Source of the DNA: a virus
Lineage: Duplodnaviria; Heunggongvirae; Uroviricota; Caudoviricetes
Virus record (IMG/VR): IMGVR_UViG_2802429175_000002
Strand: one strand, 5' to 3'
DNA: 64,000 bases
The notes under the pieces are model-generated. The model made no database searches, had not been told where the DNA came from, and was given only the letters and a program-made list of their open reading frames with translations. The translations under genes and the position numbers were made by a program. This document shows, piece after piece, positions 1-10,627 of the stretch; the stretch's first letter is position 1, and the number at the start of each line of letters is the position of its first letter.

Positions 1-118
1 CGTATGTACCTGGCTTCCGCCAGGTTGGTACGAACTGACTCCAGGTGAGGAAGTTGGTGGTACGCAGCCCACTCTGCGGGTATGGCGACAGCCTGGACGG
101 TTTGATCCTTCGCTTCGA

Positions 119-409
119 ATGGATCAGGCAGTAATCCAGATTGCCGCGATTACACCGACTCGCAAAGAGTCTTGGAAACTAACCCGTTTCGTCCGTCGAC
201 TGATGGATGACGAAGTGGTGACGGGCCTTCCGATCACCCTGCCAGATGGCGAGACGTCCACCATCCGCAAGTCGGAGGAGTGGCTCGGCCCGCAGCTCGT
301 ACCCGAGCAGTACGTGGACGAGAAGTTCATCCCCATCTCCTTCAAGATCTCGCTCCGCGAGCCTGAAGGGCTGCCGAACTACCGGCAGATCATCAAATCG
401 CTTCCCTAA
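119..409 (+). CDS. hypothetical structural protein (possible tail terminator / head-tail joining)
   Basis: 96-aa ORF immediately upstream of the major tail protein gene. The role is suggested by synteny only. Confidence 0.4.
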   Translation: MDQAVIQIAAITPTRKESWKLTRFVRRLMDDEVVTGLPITLPDGETSTIRKSEEWLGPQLVPEQYVDEKFIPISFKISLREPEGLPNYRQIIKSLP

Positions 410-427
410 TAAGGACATTCGTAGCCC

Positions 428-1321
428 ATGGCTGATTTTGAGACTATTCGCGATGCGAACAACGATCTCATTCGTGCAAACATGCACTTCGCGATCCTGT
501 TCGACGACATGGACAACCCTGCTGTCGCGACTCTCGAGGATCTAGTTACTGGCGATCTTGACGTGCCCGCCACTGCTGAGTCGGCGGGCATGATCGAGAA
601 GAAGGCCGGTGTCTCGATCACCCACAACATCGACTCGACTGACATCGAGTCCTACGGTGACGCAGAGCCTGCGCGCACCATCATCTCGAAGCGTACGGTT
701 CAGTTTGAGGCCGAGTTCCTGGAGACCAAGAAGGTTGTCCTGGAGAAGTTCTGGGGAACTGTCTTCGGTAGCGACAACCTGACTGTCTCGCCTGGTGGTG
801 GCGTGACGCTGAAGGCTCCTACGCTGCCTCGCAACATCTTCTACCGCGCGTACCTGGTCGCAAGCGACGACGTGAACGGCGAGGATCTCTTCGCCTACTA
901 CATCATGCCGCGCACCAAGCTGGTCAAGGTTGACAACCAGGACAGCAAGGACGATGGTGCCGTCACCTATAAGATGACGTTCCAGGCCTTCCGCGATCGC
1001 GATATGGGCTTCTCGGTCCTTCAGGGTTGGTGCGGACCTGGGTGGCTACGCCTGGTCGACAAGACCGGCTTCGTGGCGCCAGTGGTCTCGATCACCGCGA
1101 CTCCATCGACTGCGACCGTGGCTGTAGCTGCGAACTCGCAGATCACTGTGACCGGTGACAATGGGATCAACTACACCCCGATCGCCAAGTACGTCAGCTC
1201 GGCGCCTACCAAGGCTTCGGTTGATAAGCACGGCAAGGTGACTGGTGTAGCTACCGGTAGCGCGACTATCACCGCGACTTACCAGGGCAAGACCTCGACC
1301 GTGGCGATCACCGTCAGCTGA
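428..1321 (+). CDS. major tail protein with C-terminal Ig-like (Big_2-type) domain
   Basis: 297 aa. The C-terminus ITVTGDNGINYTPIAKYVSSAPTKASVDKHGKVTGVATGSATITATYQGKTSTVAITVS is a typical Ig-like fold. It sits just before the chaperone genes and the tape measure gene. Confidence 0.75.
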   Translation: MADFETIRDANNDLIRANMHFAILFDDMDNPAVATLEDLVTGDLDVPATAESAGMIEKKAGVSITHNIDSTDIESYGDAEPARTIISKRTVQFEAEFLETKKVVLEKFWGTVFGSDNLTVSPGGGVTLKAPTLPRNIFYRAYLVASDDVNGEDLFAYYIMPRTKLVKVDNQDSKDDGAVTYKMTFQAFRDRDMGFSVLQGWCGPGWLRLVDKTGFVAPVVSITATPSTATVAVAANSQITVTGDNGINYTPIAKYVSSAPTKASVDKHGKVTGVATGSATITATYQGKTSTVAITVS

Positions 1322-1415
1322 CCCTGACCCTCTCATGACTTTCCCCGGCCCTGCGGTGAACCCGTGGGGCCGGGGAATACATCTGTAACAACCACTTTCG
1401 ATAGGAGCAGATCAA

Positions 1416-1706
1416 GTGGCTACTGCAAAGAACGTTGATTCCGTCTGGGAGAAGCTCCAGACCGAGAACGCGATCCCATCGCTGGAGTTCCAGGGACTGA
1501 AGTTCCTTGAACCGACTCAGGCGCAGGTGAACGAGTGGCGTTCCGCCCCAACGATTGAGGCCGGTGAGCGCGCCTTGTTCGGTGATCAGTATGACGCCGT
1601 GCATGAGCTGTTCGACCCGCTGCCAAAGCACGTGTGGGAGAACTTCAACACTCTCTACCTGAAGCACTTCTTCGGGGCCCCCGGTGATGACGGCCTAAAA
1701 GGCTAA
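1416..1706 (+). CDS. tail assembly chaperone (G product)
   Basis: 96-aa ORF between the major tail and tape measure genes. A downstream ORF overlaps it in the -1 frame. Confidence 0.7.
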   Translation: MATAKNVDSVWEKLQTENAIPSLEFQGLKFLEPTQAQVNEWRSAPTIEAGERALFGDQYDAVHELFDPLPKHVWENFNTLYLKHFFGAPGDDGLKG

Positions 1707-2155
1707 TCACGATCGTTGACCGTTACTGGTCTGCGATCTGCTGGGACTGCCAGCACATTCTTCATTTCTCTGCCTACGAGTACTTCCAGTGGGAGCCGGT
1801 TGGCGATGGCCGATGGCGACGCAAGCGGCCCATTGATGAGCTACTCGGATTCTTTGACACCCTGATGAATATCCAGGGCACTCTGACCAATGAGGCTGTT
1901 CTCAACGACCCGGAAACTATCGAATGGATGGGGTCTCGGAAGGACAGCGATGACGGTCCATCAAAGGTACGCATCTTCGGGCACACCGAAGACATTGTGT
2001 GGTTGAAGCGCCTCGTTGAGGTGCAGATCGGCAAGTCGCTACCTAGTCCCGTCATTCCCGGCCTCGAATTGCGTCTCCAGCGGAAGTTGATCAAAACCCA
2101 GAACGCTGTCGAGCGCGCGCAGCAGCGCAATCGCGAACGGACACAGCGTCAATAG
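1416..2155 (+). CDS. tail assembly chaperone G-T fusion produced by a programmed -1 frameshift
   Basis: Frame 0 ends at TAA 1704-1706. The -1 frame is blocked by TGATGA at 1685-1690 and opens at 1691, then runs to 2155. The shift must therefore occur between 1691 and 1703, most likely at A_AAA_G (1697-1701). Confidence 0.55.
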
Positions 2156-2168
2156 TCCAGGAGACTAA

Positions 2169-5100
2169 ATGGCTGCCACCCTAGTGGGTGAGGCCGCAAT
2201 CCGCATTGTCCCTACTCTGCGTGGGTTCAAGACTGAGGCGGATCGCCGCCTCCAGGCAATGAAGTTCGATCACATCAAGATCGAATTCGACCCGCAGCTT
2301 GCCAAGGCTGAGGCGCAGGTGCAGGCCTGGCGTCAGCGCCAGGAGCACGATGCGGTCACCATCCCTGTTCGGGCAGATCTTCAGACGTTCCGCCGCGACC
2401 TATCTCAGGTCGAGCACATCTTCAAGCGGAGCTCTGTTTCTAAGGCACTTCGCCTAAATGTCAAGGTAATTGGGCTCGACGCCCTACCGGCTCTCGCGTA
2501 TGCGGCTGGTAGTGCTGCGTCGGGCCTAGACGCATTGGCTAAGAGCGCTTTCGCTCTTCCTGGACTTGTCGGTGGCGCTCTGGCATCTGTTGGGGCTCTC
2601 GCGGTAGGACTCAATGGCGTAGGCGCCGCATTCAAGGCTTACTCCTCGGACTCCAAGGACGCGGCATCGCGTGCGCGCGAGATTGCGACCGCGAACCGCA
2701 ACGTTGAGAGTTCCTACCGCTCATACGGTATGGCCATCCGTGGCACGGTTCGTGAGATTCAGGATCTGAATGCAGAGAACCGCCGCTCGTCCCTAAATGT
2801 CGCAGATGCGGTGCTGTCCGTTCAGGAAGCAGCCGATCGTATCCGTGCGGGTGGTCAGCGCTCGCTCACTGAGTTGAAGCGTGACCAGCTTTCGTATCTT
2901 CAGGCATTGGATCACCTCCAGGAGGTTCAGACCAAGGCCCAGAGGACCGCCCAGGATGCCGCTGACGCGAACGCTCAGGGCGTAGAAGGCGCGGATCGGG
3001 TACTTGATGCCCTAGACCAGATCGCTAAGAACACAGAGGCTCTCAGCGCTTCGAAGATCACTGAGGTCGATAGGGCGCTCGGGAAGCTATCGCCCAATAT
3101 GCGTGCGACCGTGGAGGCGATCCACGGATTGTCGGGTGCGTGGCAGGAGCTCCAGCAGGGCGCGCAGGACAGCCTGGCAGAGGGCCTTGACAAGCAGATT
3201 ACCGACCTTGGCACCAAGGCTATTCCAGGCCTTTCGATCGGAATTCGCCGTACCGCAAGCGGAATCAATGCCGCGCTGAAGAGCGCACTGACTTCCGTCG
3301 CCGGCAATTCCAACCAGGGCTTCCTGTCTTCGATCTTCGGTAACACCGACATCTTCTGGCGCAATATGGCCCGGGGAATGGATCCACTGATCAGTGGAAT
3401 CATTCGTCTCACCAAGGAGTCGTCGGACTTCCTGCCACGTATCGGCAACGCATTCACCACTGTCTTCAACCGTTTCGATCAGTTCACCCAGCGCGTATCC
3501 GCTGACGGATCTCTGGACCGCTGGATCGACACGGGGCTGAAGGCTGTTGGCGATCTGGGCAATTCGCTACTGAACATCGGTGGAATCGTGTCCTCGGTCG
3601 CGGCTGCCTTCGACAAGGCATCTGGGCACAAGGGCGGATTGATCTCCTCACTTGCTGATGGAACCAAGAGGCTCGACGAGTTCCTGAAGTCCACCCGTGG
3701 ACAGAACCTGCTCGCCAAGTATTTCGACGAGGCTCGAGACTTCATCGACCGCCTATGGGATGCACTCAAGCGCATCAAGGGTGGCATTGGTGACGCCGTT
3801 GAGGCCGCGCGTGAGTGGTCGGCAGCAATGCTTGGAACACTCGGCGTGTTCATCAGCTCGGCCAGGTGGATTGAGCAGCACACCCACGCGCTCTCCACTC
3901 TGCTGAAGGTCTACCTGACTTACCGCACCGTGAAGCCCATCATCGAGGGGCTTACTTCGACGTGGAAGAACTACAACAAGGTCGTTGAGGCGGCTGCACG
4001 CTTCGAGGGAACTCGCAACCTGCCCGGAGTCCAGTCGACTGCGCGCAACCTGCGCATCGCCAAGGGCGAGGAGCTTCCCGGCCTATCGAGTCGCCAGGCC
4101 CGCGAGGAGGCCCTGCGCTTCGGTGAAGCTGTCGACCGTGCGGGCAACAGGTACGACGCGTTCGGGCGCAAGCTAAAGGACGTTGAGCCCAAGCTCACTG
4201 CAACCGCGACCGCTGCAGGTAATGCCGGTAAGAGCTTCACTGACGCTGGTGACGCTGCTGGTCGCGCCGGGGAGAAGATCGGTGGAGCTGGTAAGGCTTC
4301 GATGCTCACCCGCGTTGGCGCTCTTGCTGGAGCACTCTTTGGCCCACTGGCGCTGACCGCTGCCGTTGGTGGCGCGATCATGGCGATCGACAAGCTGGGG
4401 GAGTCGCACCGCAAGGCCGCGGAGGACGCGGACAGGCAGAGGAGCGCTCTTGAGGATCTCAAGGGTGCTATCGACGATGTCACCGGAAACCTCAGCGCGC
4501 AGGGAGTAACCGATACCGCTCAGAAGGCTCAGAAGTACGCAATCCCAGGCCTGGGGGACCGGAACCTCTTTGAGGATGCTCGTCGCACCAATCAGGTGCA
4601 AAGCGATGCCCAGCTTCTTGCGGCAATGCTTCCGGGTAACGATGCACAGCGCAGTCAGCTTCTCGGGGCAGGCCAGGAGCGTCTGAAGTCGGTTATCGGC
4701 TCCAGTGAGGTGTGGCGTGGCGATGCCGACCTGTGGAATGAGCGCGGCATCGACCTGGACACATTCGTCGCTGGCCTGCGCGGCGATCAGACGGCTAAGG
4801 CGAAGGTTGACAAGGCCTACAACGAAATCCTCGAGAGCCACAACATCTTCTCGTGGATGCCTGCGGCCATCAACACTCCTCGTATTTCCGCTGGGCAGGC
4901 CACTGGATCCATCCCGCACGACTTCACCTCGGTTCTAAAGTCCACTGGGACTATTGATCTCGCTGCTCCTTTGATCGGCCTCAGTGACATTCCGAGCTCG
5001 TTGGGCCAGCACAGTGCGGACAAGCGCCAGGTGAATGAGGCGTCCAATGGTCAGGGCCGATTCAAGCCCGGTGGCCGTGGTGGCGCAATCTTCGGGCCCT

Positions 5101-7895
5101 TTGGTGGACTGAACGATTCGTCGCACATCGCCATTGGTCAGGACGGAAACGGTGTCATCACCACCGACCGCGACCCGAATGTTGACGAGACCATTGGCTC
5201 CACTACCCGAGTTCGCGATGGTCAGTACGAGACGCGCCTGACCGCAGATGCCACTGCACAGCTCTTGGACGTTCAGAAGTTCAAGGACGGCGGACTGGTC
5301 AAGGGAATTGGTGGTCCTCGCGACGACATGAACCTTGTTCGCGTCTCGCCATACGAGCACATCACCAATGCAGACGCGGTGAGTTACTACGGCGTCAAGC
5401 TGTTTGATGATCTGAACAACAAGCGAATCCCTCGCCACTTCGGTGGAGGATTCCCGTTCGACATTCCGCAGCAGCCACCAACTCCCGTTCCGCTGCCCGC
5501 ACCAGCACCCGACATCACATCGGCGATGCTTGGTCCGTCAGCTCCAGTTCCCGCGTCGGGTCCAACTGGTAGCCCAGCGATCGATATCGCAATGGGCAGG
5601 CCTGCGCCACTTCCTGCACCGCCTCCTCCGCCTGCTCTCGACCTCGCACCAATCGGGCCGAAGCAGACCCTAAACCCGGGTGGTCCTCCGTCTATCGGTA
5701 AGCCCACCCCGCATCTCGATGACACGCCTGTCACTCCTGGGCCCGGTGCTGATCTCAGCATCCCAGGTGCAGATGTAGCCCTCGGCGGTGGAATCCCATC
5801 TGTACGTGAGCCTTACGGACTTGCGCTCGGTTCTAACAGTCAGGGGTACGGCGGTCAGGGTGTCAAGTTCCCCGACTGGGTTAACCAGGTTGGTGCCGCG
5901 TTCGGTGTGAAGCCGTCCACCTACCCTGGACACCAGGAGAAGGCTGGCCTAAACAAGGGGATCGACTGGTCCGGGCCTCCCGAGAATCTGCGAGCCTTCG
6001 CTGAGTATGTGAAGTCTGTTCCAGGCATGGAACAGGTCATCTTCATGGACCCCCGTGACGGTACCAAGATCGGCGTCGATCCTGGCGATCGTGGCGTGAA
6101 CCAGTCGATCGAGGACTACTACCGCGATGACTGGGGTGGTCACACCGACCACGTGCACACTCGCCAGAGCTGGTCCATTCCCATGCCTGGTGGCCAGTCA
6201 GCTCTTCCTGGTCTTTACCAGCAGCTTCCCGGTGGGTCTGGGACGCCAAACCTGTTGGCGGCGTTGAAGACCCTTCCTGACAACATCCAGCCGGTTTCTA
6301 TCGCCAAGCAGGTGGGTCAGGTAGGCCTACAGGCTCTGGCCGGAATGTTCGGGCTGGACCTGTCCTACTTGCAGGCTGCTCAGCAGGTCGGCAACTTCTA
6401 CCTCGGAGATGAGTCCAAGAAGAAGAGCGACCCACTCGGCAGCTTCATGTCCGCGCTCAACGGCGGATCAGCAGGAACCGATGTGGCCGACCAGGCAATG
6501 TCGGACTACACGAACGGCATTGCCGGACTGAGCCCGCAGCTGCAGCAGAAACTGTCGGCCAATGGGATGTCCTTCGATCCGAGCTCCAACAGCTCAGGCA
6601 AGGGCGCAACCCCAACCAGCGGACTCGGACAGTCGGTTACCAAGGAACAGATCCACGCACGCTACGGGGCGCTCATCGCTCAGATCTGCGCAGCCATGGG
6701 TGTGGATCCTGCACTGTGGCAGAAGCCTCTTGAGGAGCAGATCTGGACCGAGTCGAAGGGTGACCCGTTCTCGATCAACCCGAATGACTCGGATGGCAAG
6801 GGCGGTAAGCAGACCGTCCAGGGTCTATTTAACTTCCTGCCCACCACTTTCGATGCCTACAAGGTTGAGAACATCGGTTCGGGAAGCATCAACGACCCTG
6901 TTTCGCAGATCGCGGCTGCCATCAACTACACGACCAAGCGTTGGGGTGTAAACAAGGACGGATCGCCGAACCGAATCGGCAAGGGCACTGGATTCGCCAA
7001 TGGCGGATGGGCCGACAGCCTTGCGTGGCTGTCCACTGGCGAGTACCGCATGGGTGGGGATGCAACCCAGTTCTACGGTCCCGCGCTGTTCGATGCCCTG
7101 AACAGCAAGAAGATCCCGCGCAATGGGTTCGCCGATGGTGGATTCCCACTCTTCATTCCACCCCCACCTGCTCCAGGTGCCGGTGGACAAACCCCTGGAC
7201 CGCTCGACCTGGGCCAGCCTGACCAGCCAGGCCCGGGAAACACCCCCATGCCATCGATCGGCGCGGCGGGTGCGGTCCCTTCGACCGGAGGTGCGCCGGG
7301 GCCAGGGGCGACTGCTCCCGCGCCTGTCCCTGGTGCCCTCCCCACCGTCAATGACGCTCTGGCTGAAGTTGGTGGCGCTGGCGCTGCTATGGGCGCTGGA
7401 CCGCAGGCTGGTGACCCTGGAGCTCAGCCCGGTGCATCGCCTACCGATCAGCCTGACGCGCGCGCAACTCTTGGTGCCGCCCCCGCGTCGCAGGAGCACA
7501 ACAACCCCAGCGTGTCGGGCGCCATCAAGGGCGCCGCTGGTGCGATCGGAAGCCTTGCGGCGACCGCAGCATCGATGGCGACCAACATGGGGGCTCCTGG
7601 CGCAGGTGGTGCAGCGGGACAGGGCATTCAGGCTGGATTCCAGATTGGTGGCCAGGCCATCTCTGGAGCTGTAAATATCCTCTCGTCCTTGATGGTTGGA
7701 ACCGCAACTGGCGGATCTACTCAGTCGGCCTCGGGTATTCCAATGATGCCGCAGCGCCAGCCACAGCAGACCGGCGTGCCCAAGCTCGTTAACGACAACC
7801 GTCAGTACCACGTCACGAACCTTGATGAATTCAAGCGGGTTCAGCAGACCTCGGACGCGCAGGCAGCCATGCCATACATCCAGAAGTACGGCTAA
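2169..7895 (+). CDS. tape measure protein
   Basis: 1908 aa, coiled-coil and Gly/Ala-rich, located downstream of the chaperones. It contains an SLT-type lytic transglycosylase motif (AQICAAMGVDPALWQKPLEEQIWTESKGDPFSINPND) and internally duplicated segments followed by Pro-rich stretches. Confidence 0.85.
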   Translation: MAATLVGEAAIRIVPTLRGFKTEADRRLQAMKFDHIKIEFDPQLAKAEAQVQAWRQRQEHDAVTIPVRADLQTFRRDLSQVEHIFKRSSVSKALRLNVKVIGLDALPALAYAAGSAASGLDALAKSAFALPGLVGGALASVGALAVGLNGVGAAFKAYSSDSKDAASRAREIATANRNVESSYRSYGMAIRGTVREIQDLNAENRRSSLNVADAVLSVQEAADRIRAGGQRSLTELKRDQLSYLQALDHLQEVQTKAQRTAQDAADANAQGVEGADRVLDALDQIAKNTEALSASKITEVDRALGKLSPNMRATVEAIHGLSGAWQELQQGAQDSLAEGLDKQITDLGTKAIPGLSIGIRRTASGINAALKSALTSVAGNSNQGFLSSIFGNTDIFWRNMARGMDPLISGIIRLTKESSDFLPRIGNAFTTVFNRFDQFTQRVSADGSLDRWIDTGLKAVGDLGNSLLNIGGIVSSVAAAFDKASGHKGGLISSLADGTKRLDEFLKSTRGQNLLAKYFDEARDFIDRLWDALKRIKGGIGDAVEAAREWSAAMLGTLGVFISSARWIEQHTHALSTLLKVYLTYRTVKPIIEGLTSTWKNYNKVVEAAARFEGTRNLPGVQSTARNLRIAKGEELPGLSSRQAREEALRFGEAVDRAGNRYDAFGRKLKDVEPKLTATATAAGNAGKSFTDAGDAAGRAGEKIGGAGKASMLTRVGALAGALFGPLALTAAVGGAIMAIDKLGESHRKAAEDADRQRSALEDLKGAIDDVTGNLSAQGVTDTAQKAQKYAIPGLGDRNLFEDARRTNQVQSDAQLLAAMLPGNDAQRSQLLGAGQERLKSVIGSSEVWRGDADLWNERGIDLDTFVAGLRGDQTAKAKVDKAYNEILESHNIFSWMPAAINTPRISAGQATGSIPHDFTSVLKSTGTIDLAAPLIGLSDIPSSLGQHSADKRQVNEASNGQGRFKPGGRGGAIFGPFGGLNDSSHIAIGQDGNGVITTDRDPNVDETIGSTTRVRDGQYETRLTADATAQLLDVQKFKDGGLVKGIGGPRDDMNLVRVSPYEHITNADAVSYYGVKLFDDLNNKRIPRHFGGGFPFDIPQQPPTPVPLPAPAPDITSAMLGPSAPVPASGPTGSPAIDIAMGRPAPLPAPPPPPALDLAPIGPKQTLNPGGPPSIGKPTPHLDDTPVTPGPGADLSIPGADVALGGGIPSVREPYGLALGSNSQGYGGQGVKFPDWVNQVGAAFGVKPSTYPGHQEKAGLNKGIDWSGPPENLRAFAEYVKSVPGMEQVIFMDPRDGTKIGVDPGDRGVNQSIEDYYRDDWGGHTDHVHTRQSWSIPMPGGQSALPGLYQQLPGGSGTPNLLAALKTLPDNIQPVSIAKQVGQVGLQALAGMFGLDLSYLQAAQQVGNFYLGDESKKKSDPLGSFMSALNGGSAGTDVADQAMSDYTNGIAGLSPQLQQKLSANGMSFDPSSNSSGKGATPTSGLGQSVTKEQIHARYGALIAQICAAMGVDPALWQKPLEEQIWTESKGDPFSINPNDSDGKGGKQTVQGLFNFLPTTFDAYKVENIGSGSINDPVSQIAAAINYTTKRWGVNKDGSPNRIGKGTGFANGGWADSLAWLSTGEYRMGGDATQFYGPALFDALNSKKIPRNGFADGGFPLFIPPPPAPGAGGQTPGPLDLGQPDQPGPGNTPMPSIGAAGAVPSTGGAPGPGATAPAPVPGALPTVNDALAEVGGAGAAMGAGPQAGDPGAQPGASPTDQPDARATLGAAPASQEHNNPSVSGAIKGAAGAIGSLAATAASMATNMGAPGAGGAAGQGIQAGFQIGGQAISGAVNILSSLMVGTATGGSTQSASGIPMMPQRQPQQTGVPKLVNDNRQYHVTNLDEFKRVQQTSDAQAAMPYIQKYG

Positions 7896-7940
7896 ACGCA
7901 CTCTGCCGCTGCGCTTTTTATTGCCCTTCTACGGGAAATT

Positions 7941-8855
7941 GTGATGGACACTATCGACAACACGGCGAAGATTGAGATCTTCGGCGTCCACGGAGAGTAC
8001 TTCTGCATCTCCGGGCCCGGTAAGGGTGAGCAGGGCGTTGATCTCATGCCCAAGCTCAAGGGAATGATCGACGCTCCGGTCAAGTCTCTGTGGCTTCCGG
8101 GTGCCTACGGGCAGACGTTCGTCGACTTCCGTTGGGAGAGGCGTGACGTCGTCTTCACCGTCAACATCTTTGACGATGGAGGAGACGCCGAAGTATGGCG
8201 CACCATCGATTCGAAGTGGCGCTTCGCATTTGACTATGTGAAGGAAGCGACCATTCGCTTCACCACCTCTGACGGATACCGCGACCTGAAGGTTCGGCTT
8301 CTCGAAGAGCCCAAAGCGTATGAGGACGGCGGCTGGGAAGGTAAAGATCCCGCGCTCTACGCCTGCAGCACTGTGGTTATGACGCTCGCTGCTGAGCTTC
8401 CGTTCTATGTCGGCCCCTCCGACTTCTACGAGTGGTCGGGCGATACCTCAAGCGGTCGTCAGACTTTCAAGCTCGATGTGGACTGTGACGTTCCGGTCTG
8501 GCCGAGGTGGACTCTGACTGATCAGGCTCGGTGGCGCCTGCCTGACTTCTCGTTCGGCAACCAGGAGTACGGGCGAGGGATTCAGGACTCAGGTCGCACC
8601 CTGGAGCTCCCATATCTCCCCAAGGGCGCTGGTTGTGTGGCGGATTCGGATCCGCGAGTTCAGACACTGATGGCAGCCAACAGGATTCATCTACAGGGCC
8701 TTTGGAAGGGCAAGGATCTTCTGTACCCGATTGCTGGCGGCACCTACAGCCGCATCCCCGTTCAGGTGAAAGACGCTGTCGGGGGATACCGAATGCTGCT
8801 CGAGGTACCTAAGTGGTACTCGCGCCCATGGAGCCGTCCAGTGGGGGCGGTATGA
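7941..8855 (+). CDS. minor tail protein (distal tail protein-like by position)
   Basis: 304-aa ORF directly after the tape measure gene. Assignment is by synteny. Confidence 0.5.
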   Translation: MMDTIDNTAKIEIFGVHGEYFCISGPGKGEQGVDLMPKLKGMIDAPVKSLWLPGAYGQTFVDFRWERRDVVFTVNIFDDGGDAEVWRTIDSKWRFAFDYVKEATIRFTTSDGYRDLKVRLLEEPKAYEDGGWEGKDPALYACSTVVMTLAAELPFYVGPSDFYEWSGDTSSGRQTFKLDVDCDVPVWPRWTLTDQARWRLPDFSFGNQEYGRGIQDSGRTLELPYLPKGAGCVADSDPRVQTLMAANRIHLQGLWKGKDLLYPIAGGTYSRIPVQVKDAVGGYRMLLEVPKWYSRPWSRPVGAV

Positions 8856-10582
8856 GCCTAAGGACTCTCGACGAGATCGCGGACATCGGTACCTCCGTTG
8901 AGGCGTACCGCCAAGAGCTGATGTGGCTCCGAATGGCCAAGCCCGTTATCTCGTTCTGGCGCAACAAGGAAGACGGATCACCCGGCCTGGAGTTCTACGG
9001 GCGAGTCGACTACCGCGACACCATCAAGGCTTCGTTCCCGTTCAAGAAGAACACCTCCACACAGGGTGTTCTGGAGCTGCGCTTCGATCACTACATCTCG
9101 GAATGGATGCGCTCCATTCCAGACGATCCACACGCGCGAAAGAACGTCGTCATTCGTATCGACTTCTTCGGCGGCAAGCTCCGCTGGACCGGGTTGCTTC
9201 ACCACCATGCCAAGAAGATGCGAGATGGCATGGCGTACATGGAGTTAACGTTCAACGACGACCTCCAGTTCCTCCAGTTCCTTCTCGGACCCCCGAACCC
9301 GGCCCTGCCCATCCCAGTCTTTCAGTGGCCAAGGGTGCTGCCCATCCTGGGCCCTGCGAAGTGGGCCTGCTCGATCATGATCCTGATCAACCTGATTCGA
9401 GTTCAGGCACCCATCTATCACCTGCCAGACGATCCATTCGACCTCAGCCAGTGGCTCGGACTACTGCCTACCGAGTGGGAGAACTGGCAGTGTCATATCA
9501 AGGCCAACCCACTGCCGCTTGATGACTCGTCTCTATGGACGGTTCTCGGCACCCGTATGAACCCGATCGATTCGGTGATCGCGGACGCGCTTGAGGATGC
9601 CCAGCTGACTATCAGGTGGAGGCGCTGTTTCTCCGATGAGGGCGAGACTGAGAACGGAATTCTCTTCGTTGAGAATCCTGCAAACGGCGCCTTGATCTTT
9701 GAGATCGTTGACGACAGTGGGTACTACAACCCAATCCTGGGCGGTACCTTCCTGGGCGGCACGATCGCAGACGGCATGGTCCGTTCGGTTGTGCAGTACG
9801 TGGGTGGATTCATTGAGGACACCGCAACTGTCATCTCCGATGATGAGACCTACCACCCTGACGAATACTACGGGAGCGGGTGGCTTGCCACCTTGGCGCA
9901 AATGCCGTGGTTGGTCATCAGAGATTCAAGCTGGTCCCCGATCGAGACCAGCGAGCTTACGTGGAGTCCGGCCACCGCAGTTTCTGTGGTGGTTGGTGGT
10001 GATAACCCTGCGGCAGATGCCATCGCACGCCTGATCATCGAGACCACTGGAAACATCCTCGGTTACTTCCTACTCGGTGGATTCTCCTCGGCGGGAACGA
10101 TTGCAGCCGATGTGATCATGCCGTTCCTGGTGGGAACTATCGCCGCATGGCTTGAGTGGAAGAACACTGGCCGCGCGAAGAACCTTGGCTGGGTGCACCT
10201 TTGGGAGCTGTACCAGCAGGGTGCAGAGAACAACAGCTGGTCGCTCAGTGCACTGGCCGCTCTACGTGGTGGCTTCTTGGCGTCGAAGTCAGAGACCTCG
10301 CATACACTGTCATTGAGGGGTAACTCCTGGATTATTCCGGGTGCCCACTTCGCAATTGGTTCCCGCGTCGGCTCCACTAGCCGTGGATACGGTGACCGCA
10401 TTTTCGTTTCCCAGGTCGAAGAGATCATTCCGTCTTGGGATAACGCGTCCAACACGCCTGTGAGTGTCCAGGTCAAGATCGGTCAGAACAAGGCAGCAAT
10501 GTCTGTTGGTGAACGACTTGCTCGGCTAACTAAGAAGATCAAGGACATCCTTCAGAACATCGGTGTCCACCTCATTAGTTAG
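8852..10582 (+). CDS. minor tail protein (tail-associated/baseplate-like by position)
   Basis: The ATG at 8852 overlaps the upstream stop as ATGA. The product is 576 aa and lies in the tail-tip block. Confidence 0.55.
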   Translation: MSLRTLDEIADIGTSVEAYRQELMWLRMAKPVISFWRNKEDGSPGLEFYGRVDYRDTIKASFPFKKNTSTQGVLELRFDHYISEWMRSIPDDPHARKNVVIRIDFFGGKLRWTGLLHHHAKKMRDGMAYMELTFNDDLQFLQFLLGPPNPALPIPVFQWPRVLPILGPAKWACSIMILINLIRVQAPIYHLPDDPFDLSQWLGLLPTEWENWQCHIKANPLPLDDSSLWTVLGTRMNPIDSVIADALEDAQLTIRWRRCFSDEGETENGILFVENPANGALIFEIVDDSGYYNPILGGTFLGGTIADGMVRSVVQYVGGFIEDTATVISDDETYHPDEYYGSGWLATLAQMPWLVIRDSSWSPIETSELTWSPATAVSVVVGGDNPAADAIARLIIETTGNILGYFLLGGFSSAGTIAADVIMPFLVGTIAAWLEWKNTGRAKNLGWVHLWELYQQGAENNSWSLSALAALRGGFLASKSETSHTLSLRGNSWIIPGAHFAIGSRVGSTSRGYGDRIFVSQVEEIIPSWDNASNTPVSVQVKIGQNKAAMSVGERLARLTKKIKDILQNIGVHLIS

Positions 10583-10627
10583 CGCTGTCCTGCAGGCCAA
10601 TTCATGAGACAATAGAGGTAGGAGCAG

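Noticed and set aside
2405-7901. Long antisense and out-of-frame ORFs inside the tape measure gene, for example 4173..4919 (-), 6825..7901 (-) and 7123..7674 (+)
   Set aside because: This is the typical high-GC phantom-ORF pattern. All are embedded in an 1908-aa gene with clear coding periodicity on the + strand.
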